Shown: piece after piece, positions 58,990-64,000 of the stretch
How positions within the stretch are numbered: position 1 is the first letter of the stretch
Layout: the number at the start of each line of letters is the position of its first letter
Assembly: GCA_965209155.1 (NCBI GenBank)
Contig: OZ242383.1
Span: 352,001 to 416,000, forward strand
Length of the DNA: 64,000 nucleotides
Direction of reading: 5' to 3'
From: a bacterium
GTDB lineage: Bacteria > SAR324 > NAC60-12
Program-made: the position numbers and the translations under genes
Notes under the pieces: generated by a model
What the model was told of the DNA's origin: nothing
Databases searched by the model: none
What the model saw: the letters and a program-made list of their open reading frames with translations, nothing else

Positions 58990-61900
58990 TAACTCCTCAT
59001 CTTTTTAAAAAGCGTCTTTCGGTCAATGCCAAGGTTGGAAGCAACTTTGGAGCGGTTCCAATGGTACCTTTCCAATTGCTTCAGGATATATTCTCTTTCG
59101 AAATGTGCCACCGCATCTCGGAGCAACTCTTCATTTGGCCAGATCGGTTCAAATTTCATCTCCGGCGAAGGGGCCGGCGCTCTTAAAGGGGCTCCCAGAA
59201 AATCAACCTCTCCCTGGGAGACATAGCGATGCAGAGTGTTTTGCAGCTCCCGGACATTGCCCGGCCAATCGTAGGCCTGCAGGGCTTCCAGAAATCCCGA
59301 TGTGATGGGCTTTCCTTGTTGAAGCGGTGCCGTGGATTTCAAAAAATGCTCGACCAGCAGAGGGATATCTTCTTTTCTTTCCCGGAGCGGGGGCAGGCGA
59401 ATGAGAAAGACATGGATCCGGTAATAGAAATCTTCTCGAATTTGCCCCGACTTTACCCGATGACTCAGGTCCTGGTTTGAAGCCGCGATGAACCGGATAT
59501 TGGGCTTGATGACCTCGTTGGTGCCAACCGGGGTAAAGCCATTGCCCTCCAGGACACGAAGTAGTTTAACCTGCAGGTTCAGTCCGATATCGGCCAGTTC
59601 ATCCAAGAACAAAGTCCCTTTGTCGGTCAGGTGCAGAAAACCGCTCTGATCGCTGTCGGCCCCGGTGAAAGCGCCTTTTTTGTGTCCAAAGAACTCGCTC
59701 TCGATCAGGTTTTCGGAGATGGCCCCGAGGTTCACCGGAAAAAACACTTGCTCCTTGCGGTCACTGGCATCGTGAATGGCGCGGGAGACCAGTTCTTTCC
59801 CGGTTCCCGATTCGCCGTAGAGGATCACGTTCACATCGGTGGCCGCGGCCCGTAAAATCTGCTCGTATACCCGCTGCATGGGCTCGCTTTTTCCGATAAT
59901 GTCACCAAACCGAAAGCGGTCTTTGCTGTGGGCTCGCAGGCGGACATTCTCCTCACGCAGTAAGGCTTCGCTCTCTTTCAAGACGTCCATCGCCTTTTTC
60001 TGGTGGGTTATATCCGTCACCAATCCCTCGGTAAACAACAACTGGCGGTTCTTTATGTCATAGACGGGACGGGTGTGCAGGGATGCCCAGAATGTGCTGC
60101 CGTCTTTACGGAAAAATTCCACTTCAAAACCTGAAACGGTGCGTCGTTGCCGCATGAGATCCAGGAACCGGTCGCGCTGCTCCGGATTCACATAAAGCTG
60201 GTGCCCAACATCGGTGATGGATGCCATCAGCTCTTCCGGGGAGGAGTAACCGAAGATCCGGGCCATCGCTGGATTGGCGCTCAGAAAGAGGCCGTCCTTG
60301 CTTGTCCGGTAGATGCCTTCCACGGCGTTTTCAAAAATTCCCCGGTATTCTTCCTCTGCCCGTTTCAGATTGTCGTAGAGCCTGGCATTTTCCAGAGAGA
60401 TGGCGATCTGAGAGGTGAGGTGATTGACCACCTCGAGTTGCCGGGAGGTGAAGGCTCCCTCAACCAGATTATTTTCCAGGTAAATGATTCCAGTCAAGGT
60501 GGACTGATGAATGATCGGCGCACACAGGATCGATTTGGGGTGCTCCTTTCTAATATAGTCATCCTCGGCAAACCGTTCTTCCCGGGAGGCGTTGTCCAAA
60601 ACCAGATGTTCCCGGGTTTGTTTCACCCAGGAGATGACCGAGAGGGAGAGGGATTCAGCCTTTTCCACAGGCAGGGAAAGCGGCAGGAAATATTCGACCT
60701 GCTCAGCGCTCCCGCTGGCAGCGATGAGAGACTGACCTTCGGTTTCCAGAATCAGGACCGCCGTCTGGGCCCCGGCATTTTCTATGAGAATGCCAAGCAG
60801 GATCTCCAGCAGCGGTTCCAGCTCGAGGGTACTGGAGATGGCCTCCGAGGCTTTGAGCATGGTCGCCAAATCCAGGTTGGCCGATGGGGACGCCACTGCT
60901 TCGGCACGATCATCGGAAATCAGCCCGAGATATCGCTCCCTCAGATGCGCGACCTTCCGTTTTGCCCCCCAGGCTTCGTACTTCTCCAACGCCGCCTGCA
61001 GATATGTTCGGGCGGGGTTGCTCTTCTCCTGGCTGAGGAAGTACCTGGCTGCCAGTTCATTGGCCAGGGCTTCCTCGTGGATAAATTCGCTCTCCCTGGC
61101 CAAAGCGATGGCCTGGTCATAATGGGGCAGGATTGCATCCCTTTGACCCTCCAAAACCCGCATCCGTTCGGCTTCCACCAGGTGGTATTTATGCAAATAA
61201 TTAGACGATGCGCAGCGCGCCAGTTTCTCCAATGTATCCTGATTGTCATCAACCTGGGTGAGGATCTCCTCCTTTTCCCCATCAGACACCTGGCTGTAAA
61301 CCGCCAGGAGAACGAGGGATTGGTAGCAGTTGGCCAGGGGATCAACAAGGGTATCCTTGTAGGTTTTCATCAGGTTGATCATTTCAAAAACCGTCTCCCG
61401 GGCTGCTTCGTATTCTTCGAATAGGTATAGCAGCACCAGCTTTTGGTAATTAAAACTGGTCTGGTCAACATATCGGTACTCTGCACCCGTCACCCTATGG
61501 TATTGATCCATGATGCCGGTCGACAGGGTAGAAGGTTCCTCCATCAGAATCGTGACCGCCTTCATCAGCATTTCCACCTCGGGAGACCCGATAATAAAAT
61601 TGATTTTCTTGAGAGCAAGCTTCAACGTTGATAATTCCCCTTTCAGCCAATTCAACTCTTTCCCGCACATAAACGCAATCTGACACCTTGTGACGGCGCT
61701 AATACCGGCATTGGTGAAATCTCCCGTCTCGATTCCCATCTTATGAGCTTCCAGCAGGGGATCCAATGTCGCGGATAGCGGCTCCCGGTAGAACCGGATC
61801 GAGCGGTTGAAAACCCTGGAAATTCTACAGTTTATTTCCTTCAGATCAAGCGCTTCCATGATCTGTATGCCCAGACGACCGAGTTCATAACCAAATTCAA

Positions 61901-64000
61901 AATCCTGCATAAACACGCAATATATTATTCCAAGGAGACAATAGAATTCGGGTGAATGTTCCGGATGAAAATGATTGAGCAGAAAAGAGATACGTTTTAA
62001 AGCGACGGGCTGCCAAAGACCATCATCCAAGGTAGCCCCACTAGTCTCGCCATATGCCACATGAAGCTCATATAGGAGATGGACAAGGACCCCGGCATCC
62101 GGTTGGGTGAGCGGCTCAAACCGCATCACGTCTTCGACACTTTTACCGGCCAGGCTGGATTTGATTTGAACGAGGGTTTGCTGCCACTGGTCTAAAGACA
62201 AATGGCTGAGTTGACACCCCAATTTCTCCAGAATTTCCTCGCCCGTTTCCATGGCCTTCTTTAATTCACCCTGGGTGGTGTACGCCTGGATCAGGCAGTG
62301 ATAAACATTGGCCAGATCCAGGTCCTTTTGGGCGTTGTCTTTTACGGCACCGGCCAGCTTCTCCATCAACTCGAAGCGGCCGCAGAGCCATGACATCTCC
62401 GTGGCTTCGTCGTGCAGGGATAAGGTCAGGAGGTATTGCCGTTTCCAGGCGGCGGCTCCTGAAAGCTCCAGGCCCAGGGTAAAATATTCCAGGGCCTGTT
62501 CAAAAGCCGAAGCCGCTCTGGCCTGACGACCGGCTTTCTGGTTGAGTTCTGCCAGACGCGATCGTTCTTTCCATTTATCCTTCACCCTCCGGGCCAGGTT
62601 GAGATGATGGACGATGTCAAAAAGCAGATCTTCACCTTTCTCCGGAACGTATTGCTTGAGCAGGCTCTGACCGATTTGAAGATGGACCGACTGTTTCTCC
62701 TTTTGGGCAATGAGGGCATAGGCAGCCTGCTGCACCCGGTCATGCAGGAATTTGTAGCTGTTGCTCTCCGCGCTCGCTCCGTCGGTTGGATGATCCGGCT
62801 CTGGAGCCTGGGAAAAACCGAGGATCAACCCGGTTTCCAGGGCCGGCAACAGGTTCTCATCGATCTCCCCGCTTCCGGCTCCGCTGATCAGTTCCAAGGA
62901 TTCCAGGTCAAAGGTATTGCCGATACAGGCCGCCAGGCTCAAGAGTCGCCTGGTTTCTTTAGGAAACCGATGGAGCCGGTCAATCAGCAACGCCACCACA
63001 TTATCGGTCACCGCCAGGAATTCGATGGCAGCCAGCTCCCAGATCCATCGTTTTTCCTCAGGGGAGTAGCGGATCAGGTTCTTCTCGGAGAGTAGGGTCA
63101 AAAACTGGCTCACAAAGAAGGGATTGCCGCCGGTTTTGCGCACCAGGAGTTCGGCCAGCGGTTTGGCCTCCTCAGTATGGCAGTGGCAGGTATGGACGAG
63201 CAGTTGTGAGATGTTCTCCGGGTTCAGGGGCTTTAAGGTGATCGTTTGCACAGGCAGACCTGATTTTTTGATCACCTCACGACTGATCATCAGACGGTGA
63301 TCGGCCTCCACCTCGTTGTCGCGATAGGCCCCCAGGAAAAGCAGAGGTTTCCCCTCCGGATCCTGAGCGATGCGTTCCACCAGCTTGAGGGTATCGGCGT
63401 CCACCCACTGCAAGTCGTCCAGAAAAATAACCAGAGGATGGGTCTTTTCACAGAAAAGGTCGATGAAATCCAGTAAAACGCCAGTAAAGCGATTCCAGGA
63501 CTCCAGCGCTCCCATGTCCGGCAGCGGGAGTTGCGGACCGACCACCTGTTCCAGTTCCGGGATCACCCGGGTTATCAGTTGTCCGTTGGGCCCCAGTGCA
63601 GCCCGTATCCTGCTTTTCCAACGCTCCATTCCAGATTTCTCTTCGACTGATACCTCCCGGATGAGTTCCCGCAGCGCCTGGATCAGCGCGCTGTAAGGGA
63701 TATTCTGCCGGAGCTGGTCAAACTTGCCGGAGATGAAGAAGCCGTTTTTTTGGGCAACGGACCGGTGAATTTCACCGACCAGGGCGGTTTTACCGACACC
63801 GGCGCTTCCCGAGATCAGCATCATCTCGGTCGCTCCCTGGCTGACTCGCTCCAGGGCAGCCTCCAGAGCGGTGATTTCATCCTCCCGACCGTAAAGCCCC
63901 GGGGCGACCTGCAGTTCTTTGGGAACGTCCTGGCGGCCCAGGGGAAAGTCGGACAGGCTCCCCTGGTTTTCCAGTTGCTCCAGACATGTCAGGAGATCGG
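58956..64000 (-). CDS. Giant sigma-54 enhancer-binding protein: AAA/STAND ATPase-TPR-GAF-PAS-sigma54 AAA-HTH, probably with an N-terminal Ser/Thr kinase domain (5' end beyond window)
   Basis: Frame open past 63824 to the edge (DLLTCLEQ...FPLGRQD...LYGREDE); GSAGVGKT, FLDDLQW, GGNPFF, FLHDRVQQAAY; GAF YLENNL; PAS; GESGTGKE, GAFTGA, WPGNVREL; Fis-type HTH. Confidence 0.92.
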   Translation of the reverse strand, partial: DLLTCLEQLENQGSLSDFPLGRQDVPKELQVAPGLYGREDEITALEAALERVSQGATEMMLISGSAGVGKTALVGEIHRSVAQKNGFFISGKFDQLRQNIPYSALIQALRELIREVSVEEKSGMERWKSRIRAALGPNGQLITRVIPELEQVVGPQLPLPDMGALESWNRFTGVLLDFIDLFCEKTHPLVIFLDDLQWVDADTLKLVERIAQDPEGKPLLFLGAYRDNEVEADHRLMISREVIKKSGLPVQTITLKPLNPENISQLLVHTCHCHTEEAKPLAELLVRKTGGNPFFVSQFLTLLSEKNLIRYSPEEKRWIWELAAIEFLAVTDNVVALLIDRLHRFPKETRRLLSLAACIGNTFDLESLELISGAGSGEIDENLLPALETGLILGFSQAPEPDHPTDGASAESNSYKFLHDRVQQAAYALIAQKEKQSVHLQIGQSLLKQYVPEKGEDLLFDIVHHLNLARRVKDKWKERSRLAELNQKAGRQARAASAFEQALEYFTLGLELSGAAAWKRQYLLTLSLHDEATEMSWLCGRFELMEKLAGAVKDNAQKDLDLANVYHCLIQAYTTQGELKKAMETGEEILEKLGCQLSHLSLDQWQQTLVQIKSSLAGKSVEDVMRFEPLTQPDAGVLVHLLYELHVAYGETSGATLDDGLWQPVALKRISFLLNHFHPEHSPEFYCLLGIIYCVFMQDFEFGYELGRLGIQIMEALDLKEINCRISRVFNRSIRFYREPLSATLDPLLEAHKMGIETGDFTNAGISAVTRCQIAFMCGKELNWLKGELSTLKLALKKINFIIGSPEVEMLMKAVTILMEEPSTLSTGIMDQYHRVTGAEYRYVDQTSFNYQKLVLLYLFEEYEAARETVFEMINLMKTYKDTLVDPLANCYQSLVLLAVYSQVSDGEKEEILTQVDDNQDTLEKLARCASSNYLHKYHLVEAERMRVLEGQRDAILPHYDQAIALARESEFIHEEALANELAARYFLSQEKSNPARTYLQAALEKYEAWGAKRKVAHLRERYLGLISDDRAEAVASPSANLDLATMLKASEAISSTLELEPLLEILLGILIENAGAQTAVLILETEGQSLIAASGSAEQVEYFLPLSLPVEKAESLSLSVISWVKQTREHLVLDNASREERFAEDDYIRKEHPKSILCAPIIHQSTLTGIIYLENNLVEGAFTSRQLEVVNHLTSQIAISLENARLYDNLKRAEEEYRGIFENAVEGIYRTSKDGLFLSANPAMARIFGYSSPEELMASITDVGHQLYVNPEQRDRFLDLMRQRRTVSGFEVEFFRKDGSTFWASLHTRPVYDIKNRQLLFTEGLVTDITHQKKAMDVLKESEALLREENVRLRAHSKDRFRFGDIIGKSEPMQRVYEQILRAAATDVNVILYGESGTGKELVSRAIHDASDRKEQVFFPVNLGAISENLIESEFFGHKKGAFTGADSDQSGFLHLTDKGTLFLDELADIGLNLQVKLLRVLEGNGFTPVGTNEVIKPNIRFIAASNQDLSHRVKSGQIREDFYYRIHVFLIRLPPLRERKEDIPLLVEHFLKSTAPLQQGKPITSGFLEALQAYDWPGNVRELQNTLHRYVSQGEVDFLGAPLRAPAPSPEMKFEPIWPNEELLRDAVAHFEREYILKQLERYHWNRSKVASNLGIDRKTLFKKMRSYGVFEPHNVAK

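Noticed and set aside
60147..61424. 425-aa plus-strand ORF and similar long antisense ORFs elsewhere
   Set aside because: Antisense shadows of well-supported genes.

Overview
Bacterial chromosome segment. The gene content suggests a Deltaproteobacteria-like, possibly SAR324-type genome (inference only). Bases 1-33.6 kb are mostly housekeeping and transport genes: a B12/radical-SAM gene running off the left edge, a rhodanese-NfuA fusion, an orphan methyltransferase, a LytTR-linked Lol-like ABC/TPR/outer-membrane cluster, clpS, a tail-less ftsZ, tgt, mltD, mltF, a liv-type ABC operon, purM, an M23 peptidase and larC-hslVU-udg-hisS-lspA. Bases 33.8-43.3 kb are a defence island. Its SNF2/DUF3883 helicase-DUF1156 methylase-DUF499 core is destroyed, while three ABC-type ATPase/nuclease modules in its gene junctions remain open; one is bracketed by two copies of the DUF499 gene start. 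Bases 46.8-54.7 kb are a mosaic of gene scars, a TA module with integron-cassette-like boundaries and a gene-precise aldo-keto reductase duplication. Bases 54.7-64 kb hold a sugar ABC operon with a clear sigma-54 promoter, three palindromic enhancer-like sites and a giant AAA-GAF-PAS-sigma54 activator running off the right edge. No tRNA, rRNA or CRISPR array was seen. All family assignments come from motif recognition by eye, not from database searches.
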